This document shows positions 22,348 to 35,900 of a stretch of DNA of 64,000 nt, piece by piece. Location: positions 134,850,001-134,914,000 of the forward strand of contig OX597818.1 of the NCBI GenBank assembly GCA_951406725.2, read 5' to 3'. The position numbers were made by a program, and so were the translations under genes. The notes below the pieces were generated by a model that worked only from the letters and a program-made list of their open reading frames with translations, searched no databases and was not told the DNA's origin. Within the stretch, counting starts at the first letter, position 1. Each line of letters starts with the position of its first letter. This DNA is from Octopus vulgaris. Its lineage: Eukaryota.

Positions 22348-25257
22348 CAGTCATTAGGTTGCGGCCATGCTGGGACTCCTGCTTTGAAAGGTTTAATCGA
22401 ACAAATCGATCTCAGTATTTAATTTTTTTTTAACGTCTGCTACTTATTCTAACGTTTCCCTCCCCGCAAACCGCTAAGTTGCAGAGACGTAAATAAACCA
22501 ACACCGGTTGTCACACGTATACAACGTACTTCCTCATAGTTTCCCTCTACCAAATACATCCACAAGGCATTGGTTAGCCAGGAGCTATAATAGTGTAATA
22601 GAGGACACTTGCTCAAGGTGTCACGCAGTGCCACTGAACCCCAAACCACGTGGTTGCAAATCGCGCCTCTTAACAATACAGGGGTATCTGTGTCTATTTA
22701 TCTGTCTGTCTGTCCGTCCGTCTGTCCGTTTTTTCCCCCTTCTTAATCCTTTCTGTTGAAGAGCATAGGCTCGAAACGTCGAAGACTTTTCCATTCTTCC
22801 CAAATATATACACTAATACACCTGTTTGTTGTTTCTTCACGTGTCTTCGTTTCTATAAATTTGAATCTTATAATATTTAGCAAGTTAAAAGTTATGGCCA
22901 GTCATTGGTCACTATGACTAGCCATAACATTTAACTTCCTAAAATATATCACTGCTCTAATGTTTTGAAGTGTTTCTTTTTTGTATATATGAACTACTGA
23001 CGATATATACATGTATAGATAGGTAGATAAATGATAGAAAATTAAATAACATTTTTATTTAAAATCTCCACAATTGATTTGACACATTTTTTACACTTGT
23101 AGTACATTGGTGAGATGTATAATCATTATCAGCCATCCAATGTGCCTCCTCAGGTTAGATCCTACTGTCATTTGACACAGTGTGAGAATGCATACCAAAA
23201 GTAATGTTATTTTCAGCAGTTTACAAACAAAACTAGACACAGATATAGTGACAAACAAAATAAATTTATAATCAAAATACAAAATGCTGAAATAATAATG
23301 AAGGTTTATATCAAGAGCACTAATAATAACAATAAAAACAGTATAAGAAAAGTTAGAAATGGGAGAAAGAATGGCTGTGACCGAATAGAAAACTGTGGTC
23401 AAGCATTGAAGTTGTAAGGATAGGAATGCATGTCCTCTGGGAAATGACTACCTTTGCAAGAATGTAATATACAAATGTATAGTTAATAGTCTATCAGATG
23501 TATTAATGGTGCAACCGCCATTTGCTTCAAACATTGATATCAGAGTCACATTACACTGTTTTGAAAGCATTAATAAGATGCTGCACATCTCTTGCTGGTT
23601 GGGTTTGGAAACACAAGGAAGGAAAAGTGCAATACAGTATCACATGGACGGTAACGAAAAATGACTATCCATTTGATGAGTTCTTGAGATCTTGCAATAT
23701 CTGTTCTGAGGAAGCACAATGAATTATAATGTGTACAGATAAATTTGTGAATAGGTACTCCAAAAGAGTTATTAGATGCAACCACAAGCTAAAATGCTCA
23801 TTTTCACAGTTTTCTAAAAGCCATTAATATTTGAAACTTTATTGATTCAACCTGTTTTAAATTTTCTTTTTCATATTGTATGTATCTATCTCTGAAGTTT
23901 TTAAAAATAGTTAAATGGTTGTAAGAAGAATCTCTCTCTCTCTCTTTCTTTCTTTCTTTTATGTATTGATGTATATATATGTCTGTCTATCACACACACA
24001 TCAAACTATATAACATTACCTATATACGTGTCCATATATAAACATATATGTGGTATATATGAGCTGGCAGAATCGTTAGCGCACCTGGCGAAATGCTTAG
24101 CAGTATTTTGTCTGCCGTTACGTTGTGAGTTCAAATTCCACCGAGGTCGACTTTACCTTTCATCCTTTCGGGGTCGATAAATTAAGTACCAGTTACGCAC
24201 TGGGGTCGATGTGATCGATTTAATACCTATGTCTGTCCTTGTTTAGCCCCTTGTGGGTAATAAAGAAATAGGTATATATGTGGGTATATTGTATTTTACT
24301 TATATGTCTGTGTATTATATTTTATTTAACTTTATCATAGTATATTATCTATTTTTTATTTTTTTACAAGCAGTTGTATGTAAAAAGTGTATATGTGCGT
24401 ATACAAATAGGTAAATGGATGCTTTTAAGAAAGTTTTTATATTTTACTTTCTCTTAGTCCTGTCTTAGAAATAATATGTATATAAGAAGTGTATGTGTGC
24501 ACGCACAAACACACACACATGTATATACATTATACTATTTCTTTCCTGGTTCTATAATACTAAGAATGTATGTAAGAAATATATGTACATGGTAAGTAGC
24601 TTGCTTACCAACCACATGGTTCCAGGTTCAGTCCCACTGCGTGGCACTTTGGGCAAGAGTCTACTATAGCCACAAGCCAACCAAAGCCTTGTGAGTGGAT
24701 TTGGTAGATGGAAACTGAAAGAAGCCCATTGTATATATGTGTGTGTCTGTGTTTGTCTGCCAACCATTGCTTCACAACCGATGATGGTGTGTTTACGTCC
24801 CTGTAACTTAGCAGTTTAGCAAAAGAGACTGATAGAATAAGTACTAGGCTTACAAAGAATAAGTCCTGGAGTCAATTTGACTGAAACAAATGAAAGAATG
24901 TATAGATGGATGTGTGTATTTAAAAATATACACACTACATTGTATGGGGGCTAGACTTTCAACCTGTTATATATTGATCGAGTTGGCAGAAACGTTAGCA
25001 CGCCGGGCGAAATGCTTTGCGGTATTTCGTCTGCCGTTACGTTCAGAGTTCAAATTCCGCCGAGGTCGACTTTGCCTTTCATCCTTTCGGGGTCGATAAA
25101 TTAAGTACCAGTTACGCACTGGGGTCGATGTAATCGACTTAATACCTATGTCTGTCCTTGTTTGTCCCCTCTATGTTTAGCCCCTTGTGGGTAATAAAGA
25201 AATATATATATTGATATAAACAGTAAAGATACAAAGAATGTTAGTAAGAAGCATATT

Positions 25258-25292
<35 letters not shown>

Positions 25293-26900
25293 CAATATAC
25301 ACAACCTTGTAGGTGGGTATATGAAAGAATATGTATCGAGGTGGGTTAGGGGATACCTACTAACTTGTATTTTTTTATTTTTTTTATTGTTCCAAAAGGC
25401 ATATTAAAAGTGAATTAACTTTAAATAGGGGCTGATTTGAGTGATGAATAGGGCCAATAACAAAGAAACAGTTGATAAGTACTGAAATAGCCGGTCTTCA
25501 CTTTATCTTCAAATGCTTTATACAGTCTTCTTTCTGCTTGGTACTTTCTTCCTTATAATCTGACCGTGAAGATGGAATTGTAGTTTATATACAATTCTTG
25601 ATTCCTCACCCCCCCACCTTTTTTGTCTATTTCTGTATTTTGTCTGTAAACTGCTGGAAATGAAACATCACTTTAGATATGCATTCTCACACTGAGTGAA
25701 ATGATGGTAGACTCTAACAATCACATGAAGAGGCAGATTTTACACCTTGGATGGATGATGATGACACATCGTCTTACCTGTGTACTACTCTCTTTTTACT
25801 CTTTTACTTGTTTCAGTCATTTGACTGCGGCCATGCTGGAGCACCGCCTTTAATCAAGCAACTCGACTCCGGGACTTATTCTTTTGTAAGCCCAGTACTT
25901 ATTCTATCGGTCTCTTTTGCCGAACCGCTAAGTAACGGGGACATAAGCACACCAGCACCGGTTGTCAAGCAATGCTAGGGGGACAGACACACAAACATAC
26001 ACACACACACACCTACACATATATACATATATACGACGGGCTTCTTTCAGTTTCCGTCTACCAAATCCACTCACAAGGCATTGGTCGGCCCGGGGCTATA
26101 GCAAAAGATACTTGCCCAAGATGCCACGCAGTGGGACTGAACCCGGAACCATGTGGTTGGTTAGCAAGCTACTTACCACACAGCCACTCCTGCGCCTATA
26201 TGTATATTATATATATATTTATATATATATGTATATTATATATATATTTATATATATATGTATATTATATATATATTTATCAAAAGAAAAACAGGATGCA
26301 AAGGATTTAGCGGTACATATGTTCCTGGCTATTATTAGACAGTTTATATCAATGCATAATTGATGTAATATGTATGTCAATGGCCTTCTTCAGCCACGCA
26401 CAATTACCACACCAAAGACATGTATTACATTATAAGTTTGGGAAAAAGACGATTTACGTTGGGGATGCAAATTATATATGTGTATATTATATATGTGTAT
26501 ATTATATATGTGTATATTATATATGTGTATATTATATATGTGTATATTATATATGTGTATATTATATATGTGTATATTATATATGTGTATATTATATATG
26601 TGTATATTATATATGTGTATATTATATATGTGTATATTATATATATGTGTATATTATATATGTGTATATTATATATGTGTATATTATATATGTGTATATT
26701 ATATATATGTATATATATATTATATATATGTATATATATATGTATATTTTATATTATATATATGTATATTATGTATGTATATTATATTTATATTATGTAT
26801 GTATATATATGTATATTATATTTATATTATGTATATTATGTATGTATATATATGTATATTATATTTATATTATGTATATATATGTATGTATGTATATGTA

Positions 26901-26933
<33 letters not shown>

Positions 26934-29900
26934 ATGTGTGTATGTATGTATATGTATATGTATATGTGTATATGTATATATATGTGTATATGTATGTATG
27001 TATATGTATGTATATATATGTGTATATGTATATGTATGTATGTATGTGTATATATATATGTATGTATGTGTATATATATATGTATGTATGTATGTGTATA
27101 TATATGTATGTATATTATGTATGTATGTATGTGTATATATGTATGTATATTATATATGTATGTATGTGTATATATATGTATGTATATTATATATGTCTGC
27201 ATAGTATATATGTATGTATGTATGTATGTGTATGTATGTATGTATATGTATGTATGTATAATCATGTATGTGTATGTATGTATGTGTGTATGTATGTGTG
27301 TATGTATATCTGTGTATGTATGTATGTATATGTATGTGTGTATGTATATCTGTGTATATATGTATGTATATATATATGTATTATGTGTATATATATGTAT
27401 TCTATTGTCTGGGGAGAGTATGACTATATATGTATATATATTTATATATGTATATATGTGTCTGTATATATACATGTGTGTATATATATGTGTATATATA
27501 TATGTATATATGTGTGTATATATGTGTATATGTGTGTGTATATATGTGTATATATGTGTGTATATATATGTGTATATATATGTATATATATATATGTGTA
27601 TACATGTGTATATTGCTGAGGTCAAAAAGACGAAAAATGCTATGACCCAATTCTGTTTGTATATATATATGTGTATAGGAGTATGGGTATATGCACTCAT
27701 ATGTATGTGTATATTATATATTATGGGTATGTACCCACTCTTGTATGGGTGTACCTCCTCTGATATTCATATTTAATTTAGTTTGTATTTCATAATCTCT
27801 GAAGAGGCCTTGGGATATTTTTGTAAGTGTCTCATTTATAACTACATATTGACCTATCACACATGGCTAATATGAGCATAATGAGACACCCATATCTGCA
27901 TGGCCGAAACAGCTGTAAGATGTAGTTTGTATTTATATTTATTTATATTCACTTATACATACTGTACTTATTGTATCATATTACTCTTTCATGTACATTG
28001 TTTTGTTCTATATTATTATGTTTGACCTTAATGTTCATATGTAGTGGTTTAATAAATTATGTGATTGGGTATTATCTGATAGTTGATCATTGATTAAGAT
28101 GTGTTTCTCCATTTTCTTATTTTGTAAATATATATATATATTTTTTTTTAATTTATAAGTTTAAATTATTAATTTAAATAACTTTTTAAATCTTAACTTT
28201 AATTTAAATATTTTAATTTGGAATTTTATATTTTATATTTTTTATATATTTTATTAATTAATTTTATTTCTATGTATTGGCTTATGATTTTCACTGTTTG
28301 ATTTGCCTAATAGTGGTTTTATCTCTAATTTAATATAATATATACGTATGTATATATATGTATATATATGTATTTATATACGTATAAATCCTTAAAAATG
28401 TTTTAGCCAGAAGGCCGCGGCCATGCTGGGGCACCACCGCTGTATGTATATATATATGTATTTATATACGTATGTATATATATATGTATTTATATACGTA
28501 TGTATATATATATGTATTTATATATGTATGTATATATATGTATTTATATATGTATGTATATATGTGTATTTATATATGTATGTATATATGTGTATTTATA
28601 TGTGTATTTATATCCGTATGTATATATGTGTATTTATATCCGTATGTATATATGTGTATTTATATTCGTATGTATATATATGTGTATTTATATCCGTATG
28701 TATATATATGTGTATTTATATCCGTATGTATATATATGTGTATTTATATTCTTATGTATATATATGTGTATTTATATCCGTATGTATATATATGTGTATT
28801 TATATCCGTATGTATATATATGTGTATTTATATCCGTATGTATATATATGTGTATTTATATCCGTATGTATATATATGTGCATTTATATACGTATGTATA
28901 TATATATGTGCATTTATATCCGTATGTATATATATGTGCATTTATATACGTATGTATATATATGTGCATTTATATACGTATGTATATATATATGAGATTT
29001 TCGGGTGAGGTGATGAAGCGTCGGCATGACACCAGGACTAGTGAGGTCTTCTCCGAAAATTGTGCAGGCGAACCGTCTGTGAAAGTACCTTGGGTCTGGC
29101 CAGTTCAGCTGGAGCACGCCTTCAGAGGTTGGGCTCACCCGTTGTGAAGGTCGTCTGGAGATACGACTGTAGTGTGCTCTTGTCAGGTCGACAAAGAGCC
29201 TAGGGAGGGGGTAGTGTTACGGAGGCAAGAAAAAGTAAACGAACAGAAAACATTATGTCCCTTGTTCCATTAGTTGGAATTGAACCGGCGCTCCAGTTGT
29301 TCAGGACAATGGTATTTCCTTTGTCCTGTCAAAGACCACGATTATTAATGATCCTGGGCATTGAACTATGATCCCACATGGTCACGGAAAGTTTAAAAAA
29401 AAAATGCTGGGACGTTATATATACGAGTGGCATTAAGTTGCAAAGTCAGTCGGTCAGTCGGAGTTGGTCCATCAGCCAGAACCATGAGCGGAGCAGACAA
29501 GGGAGTGAGTTGGAGATGGTGAAGTCGGCGAGAGGCAACGACAAAGATGACAGGCGTGGTCTAGAGAAAGACAGACAGTGAGTGTGAGAGATGACAAGCG
29601 AGAGGAAGTAAGGAAGATGACAGTGAAGGGGGCAGAGAGAGACATAAGGAACTGGACTGTTATAGTGGGAGTTTTGTGATGAGTGTTACAGGCTGGAACA
29701 TGCAGTAATGTGTTTTATTTGTGTTTTGAATTTCGATGTCTAAATGTTTGAAAAAGAAAGAGAAAGAAAGGAGGAAGAAAACGTGTTGTGGCTGTTTTTA
29801 AAAGAAAACTTAAAGGCCTTAGAGTCAATGTAGCAAAGACCAAAGTTATCTTAAGTATGAAGGCGAACTCATCACACACACTCTCAAGTAGGTGGTCCTG

Positions 29901-32900
29901 CTCAATCTGTAGAAAAGGTGTAGGTAGAAACTCCATAAGATGTACCCAGTGTAAGCTATAGACACATAAGAAGTGCAACAACATCAAAGGAAAATTAACT
30001 GAGAAGATAGCTTTCGTGTGCGGCAGATGCACACCACAGATATTCAGGGGCAGTAGACACCACAGATACTCAGAAATCACATTCCAGGGGAGAAACTAGA
30101 AGTAGTTGATAGTTTCCTTCACCTAGGTGACCAAGTTAGTAGTGGAGGTGGATGCTCAGAGAGTGTCACCACTAGAATACGAATAGCCTGGGAAAAGTTT
30201 AGAAAGCTTCTACCCCTACTGGGGACAAAGGGTATCTCACTTAGAGTGAAAGGTAGGTTGTATGACGCATGTTTACGAACTGCCATGCTTCACGGTAGTG
30301 AAACATGGGCTGTGACTGCAGAGGACATGCGTAGGTTTGAAAGAAATGAAGCTAGCATGATCCGCTGGATGTGTAATGTCAGTGTGCACACACGACAGAG
30401 TGTAAGCACCCTGAGAGAAATGCTGGACATAAGAAGCATTGGATGTGTCGTGCAAGAGATATGTTTGCGCTGGTATGGTCATGTACTGCGGATGGATTAG
30501 GAGAGATGTGTGGAAAAGTGCCACTCCCAAACTGTTGAAGGAATCTGGGGTAGAGGTAGACTCAGGAAGACATGGAACGAGGTGGTCAAGCATGACCTTT
30601 GAATGTTGGGCCTCACAGAGGCAATGACGAAAGACTGAGACCTCTGGAGATATGCTGTGACTGCAAAGACCCGACAAATAACGTGAGTTCATGGCTGTTT
30701 CCTGCACCAGCTTCACATAGAAGCCCCAGCCCATCCAAAGTACCTTAGATTGCAGGATGGCCTGCTGTGCTTGAGGAGACCTATTGAGTCAAGCACATTA
30801 GCATAAAGAAATCAAATGGAAATTGTAGTTATGATACCTGTGCTGGTGGCACGTAAAGAGCACCATCCGAACGTGGCGCTGCCTTGGCTGGCTTCCATGC
30901 CGGTGGCATGTAAAAAGCACACTCCAATCGTGGCCGTTGCCAACCTCCCTGGCACCTGTGCAGGTGGCACGTAAAAGCACCCTCTACGCTCACGGAGTGG
31001 TTGGCGTTAGGATGGGCATCCAGCTGTAGAAGCACTGCGAGATCAGACTGGACCTTGGTGCAGCCTCCTGGCTTCCCAGACCCCGGTTGAACCATCCAAC
31101 CCATGCTAGCATGGAAAACGGACGTTAAACGATGATGATGATGATATATATATATATATATATATATATAATAGTAAGAGGTAACAGTAACAGGGAAAAA
31201 CTACATTTCACGAAGAAATGGAGCACAACAAGTGGTCACACTTGAAAGCAACACCTAAAGCAAGTGTCTTCTACTATAACCCACAAGCTTTCAAGTGTGA
31301 CCATTTGTTCGTGAAATGTAGTTTTTCCCTGTTCGTGAAATGTAGTTTTTCCCTGTTCGTGAAATGTAGTTTTTCCCTGTTGCAGGCCTTCGTGATGACA
31401 AGTAACCCCAAGATCATATCACTTAGACATCAGTTGATGCACCTTGCATTGTTAGCTAGAGAATTATGACTGCTCCAGACCTATACTACCCTTCCCAATA
31501 GCTTTATCAATGAGGGAGCTACAGAAGTGGGCAGTATTTTATTGTGTATGACAACCTGATTATTGGACAAAGGGCCTGCCATTTGTTTTGTGACTTCAAA
31601 AAGGTTGAATCTTGACTCACATTGGAAAGGGAAGTGGAGAAAACAATGGGGAGCAAAGAGCTCTCACTCATTCGATTTTATAGTGACAAATGCTTGTACA
31701 ACATGGGGAAAACCTTAAGTAGTTTGTCCATCATTGTTGATGATGACCAAGTACATCACATGGGAGAAAAAGATGGGTGATGATGTGTCCAGCTGTGCCT
31801 GATCTGTCTGATGCATACTCAGAAGGCTTTGTTGTGAGTCAGAAACTGGTAGTCTGCTCAGGCTGAAGGCAAGGAGTTTGCTCTGGACTTGTGCAGTTTG
31901 TGCTTTCTTCATGTCCCTGCAATGTTGTTCTGTTTGTGGGAGGTGGGACCTCTGTTGGTGCAGCTTTGCCTGGCAGAGTGCTCTTGTGCTTGTGTTTCCC
32001 AAGTTATCAAAGCACTTCAGTGCGGCTTCGAGTATTCTTGAAGCACTTTTTCTGTCCACTTTGCATATGCTTGCCTTCCACCTGTTTGCTGTAAAACAGT
32101 TTCTTGGGGAATTGCATGTCAGGCATTCAAACAAGGTGGCCTGCTCACCTGACTTGCACTTTCCTCAGCAGTGTATAGATGCTTGACAGTTGATATGGAA
32201 GTCTCGCAGACATAAGTAGCATGAGCCATACATCTGCTTGGTACACATTCAACTTAGTGGCCAGGCTAATGCCTCTCTTCTCACACTGATTCATATAGCC
32301 ACCAGAATGTTGTGTTGCCCTTGGTGATGCATGTATCGAATTCACAGATCTGGAAAGTGTGCTTCCGAGGTATGTGAGCAACCTTCAGCATTTCCCCTTT
32401 GACAGTTGTAGTTGGTTCCACATATGGCTTCTGCATGGCAGGCTGGCATATGACTTCTGTCTTCTGAGTACTGATTGTGAAGCCAAAGTTGTTTCAAGCA
32501 GTGGAAAAGCAGTTTATTCTCTGCTGCATCTGAGCCTTTGTTGTGACATTGTGTACACAGTTGTCTGCAAACTGTCCAGTACTTGAGCAAATGTACCATT
32601 GTAACTGATGCACCATGCTTGATGAATTTGTCTGGGCAGCTAAACTTTCCCATGATCTTCCAAAGTCTCTCATGACTGATGGTGTCAAAGTCCTTAGTTA
32701 AGTCTACAAATGTCATGTATAGATCCCTGTTCTGTTCCTGGCACTTCTCCTGAAGCTGGCATGCTACAAAGATCATGTTGAATGTCCTACAGCCCTCTCT
32801 GAAGCCATACTGACTCTCTGGTAGATGCCTGCCTTCCAACTGCTTAGTGAGGCAGTTAAGTGGAACTCATGCAAGTATCTTGCAAGCGATGCCAAGAGAG

Positions 32901-35900
32901 AAGTTTCTCAATGGTTGTCATAAGATTGCCTGTTTCCCTTTCTCTTGTAGAGATGGACAATAGAAGCATCCTTGAGCTCCTGAGGAACAATTTCCTGTTG
33001 CCACACAATTTGAAAGAAATTGGAAACATTCTCTATTATTAGTTTTAGCAGGAAAAGATGCACAATCACTGCACATTCAAGAATACATTGCACCTCACCC
33101 TAGATATGGACACTACAAACACTTCAAATGCTAGGTTTCAATATCAATGAGGCTCTCCCCTGATGAATGAATGCATGTCCTCATAATAGCAAAGACTGTA
33201 TCACAGAGTTTCGTCATCTTCAGAACCAGAAAATACTTCATTCCCTAACAACTACTAACCCATAACAATGTTCAGATGACATGCACAATGGTGTATTGTT
33301 TCAATATGTAGGAAGGTACTGCTGTTATACAGATATCCTAAATTGCAACCAGAGAAACGTCACTTGACTAACTGGTATAAAGTCATTGAGCACCCTCCCC
33401 AGTCTCTGGCCCACAGATATGCTGTTACCTCTTACTGTCTTTTCTACTGCTATTACAAAGGCTGCTGTTTCTCGGAGTTAGCTGGCCTTGTACCACCTCC
33501 ATTCAGGCTTTCTCAATTCATTCATCTCTCTTCTCTTGTCCCCCATATTCAGCATGTTGACCTTCAGGAATTCCTTCCTACCATATCTTACCAGTGTCAG
33601 AGAGTTTGTGTACTGTGAGCTTGACCCCTTCCTCTAAACTAGTAAATTTACTATACTGGGGAAAAAGAGGGAAGGTGATGGCCAAAACAGCGTTCATCTT
33701 ATGCCTACTTAGTCAGGGCTGACCCGATGTTAAACAACAATACTTCAAGGAGGCAATACTTGAAGACAGCCATGGTCTCTATCTTTTTTTTTCACTGATT
33801 TTTAAAATATAAAACAACTAACGGGAGGGAATAATAATGGATAGTATTTTGCTGTCATGTATGAGGAGAATGAACAATGTTATAGTTTCCTACAGAGAGG
33901 GCCCATTCATAAAGATAACAAAGGCTCTTGTAATTTATTACAGAGAAGGCCTATATACAAGGATTTTTTTATAAAGAAGATCCATACCTACAAGAATGAT
34001 GAAGTCTTTTCTGAGGCTGCTTTATGAAAACTTAGGAAAATTAGCAAAGTTAAAAATTATTTAATTGCAAGTTTATTTGATTGGTGTTATTAAAGGCGCT
34101 TGTTATCAAATTTATTATACCTCGAAGGAAGTTCTCATATATGAAATCTTAAATTAATTTCATTCATGCTATGGTACCTTCAGTTAAGTGAGAATAGTGT
34201 TCAACCCAAAATGTTGTAAGAGTTGTGATAATGAAACTATATAGGAAATGAGGCGAGCTGGCAGAAACATTAGCACGCCGGGCGAAATGCTTTGCGGTAT
34301 TTCGTCTGCCGTTACGTTCTGAGTTCAAATTCCGCCAAGGTCGACTTTGCTTTTCATCCTTTCAGGGTCGATAAAGTACCAGTTACGCTCTGGGGTCGAT
34401 GTAATCGGCTTAAAACCCCTTGTTTGTCCCCTCTGGGTAGTAAAGAAATATATATATAGGAAATGAGAAACTGCTTCACTGGGCATCTTGAACAACCAAG
34501 TAAAACATCGTCATTTAATGTCCACTTCCCATACTGGCATGGGTTGGACAGTTCAACAGGAGCTGGTGAGCCAGAGGACTGCCAGGCTCCACTGTCTGCT
34601 TTGGTATGGTTTCTGCAGTTGGATTCCATTCTTAATGCCAACCATTTTACAGAATATACTAGGTGCTTTATACATCATCATCATTGTTCGACCGTGGTTG
34701 AGACAATGGAATTTACCATGCTACGCCAGACTTTACGGTCCATCATGGCATTACGGAGGTCCTGTTGCTGGATGCCTGTATCCCTGGAGATTACATCAGG
34801 GTAGGAGAGTGTGTGCCCTCTGCTATTGCGAGTAGATGGCTTCCAGAGGAGAAGAGTAGAAATTACTTCTTTTTCAGCTCTACAACAATGTCCAACAAAC
34901 TGGACTCTCCTACCTTTCACAAGAGATGACACAGGTGGTAGTTTCCCATATTTTTGTACTTTGGTTGGATGACACTTCCACAAGAGATTTTGAGCTCTCA
35001 TAAGGAGGCGAGTGTAAGTTCCATCCAACCGCCTCTCAAGCTTCTTTGATAACGTCCAGGTTTCTGAGCCATATAGTAGAATTGGTTCGACTGTGGCTTT
35101 GAAGATTTCAAGTTTGAAGTCTCTACTTAGATTTGATGACCAGATCTTATGCATGTCATTACAGGCTGACCAGGCCATACCCTTTCTAGTTAGAAAGTCT
35201 TTTCCAGATGATGATATGTATGACCCAAGATATTTATAATCAGAAACCATATTTATACATGGCACTAGCATATGAGCAAGGTTACCAAGTAACTTGCAAA
35301 CTAAGACTCGCCAACTGAGGGGTTGGGGGTGGGGGAAAGTATTGAGGAGAGTGGCTTTGTGCCAGGTGCTGAGTAGTTAAGGTATGATAGTGAGACGGAA
35401 ACGGGTATCTTGCTGTAGAGGAGATTCATGGTTACACCAGTTGAAAAAGAGAGAGGAGGGGGAGAAGATGGAGGCGAGGATGTGTTGGGGCATAAATCAT
35501 TGATGTTAAATAGACATTATTTTAATTCATAAAAAAATGATAAAATCAGTTACATGTAATGTAATTGATACAAAGGCATTACTGTCTGTGGATGGAAGCA
35601 CTCCGTCAGTTACGACGACGAGGGTTCCGGTTGATCCGACCAACGGAACAGCCTGCTCGTGAAATTAACGTGTAAGTGGCTGAGCACTCCACAGACACGT
35701 GTACCCTTAACGTAGTTCTCGGGGATATTCAGCGTGACACAGAGAGTGACAAGGCCGGCCCTTTGAAATACAGGTACAACAGAAACAGGAAGTAAGAGTA
35801 AGAGAAAGTTGTGGTGAAAGAGTACAGCAGGGATCACCACCATCCCCTGCCGGAGTCTCGTGGAGCTTTTAGGTGTTTTCGCTCAATAAACACTCACAAC

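Noticed and set aside
26374-29147. Long ORFs up to 432 aa rich in Y/I/C/M/V
   Set aside because: Translations of TA/TG microsatellites that lack stop codons; no protein signal.
28995-29700. GC-richer block possibly coding or regulatory
   Set aside because: No sustained ORF, splice pattern or termini I could recognise; left unclassified.
33205-33230. Minus-strand CUGAAGA-UGAC-GAAAC hammerhead-like string
   Set aside because: No stem II and no convincing stems I or III.
34681-35271. Intact 196-aa ORF as a host gene
   Set aside because: C-terminus of an RTE-group ORF2 with tail and TSD; the start codon lies outside the element.
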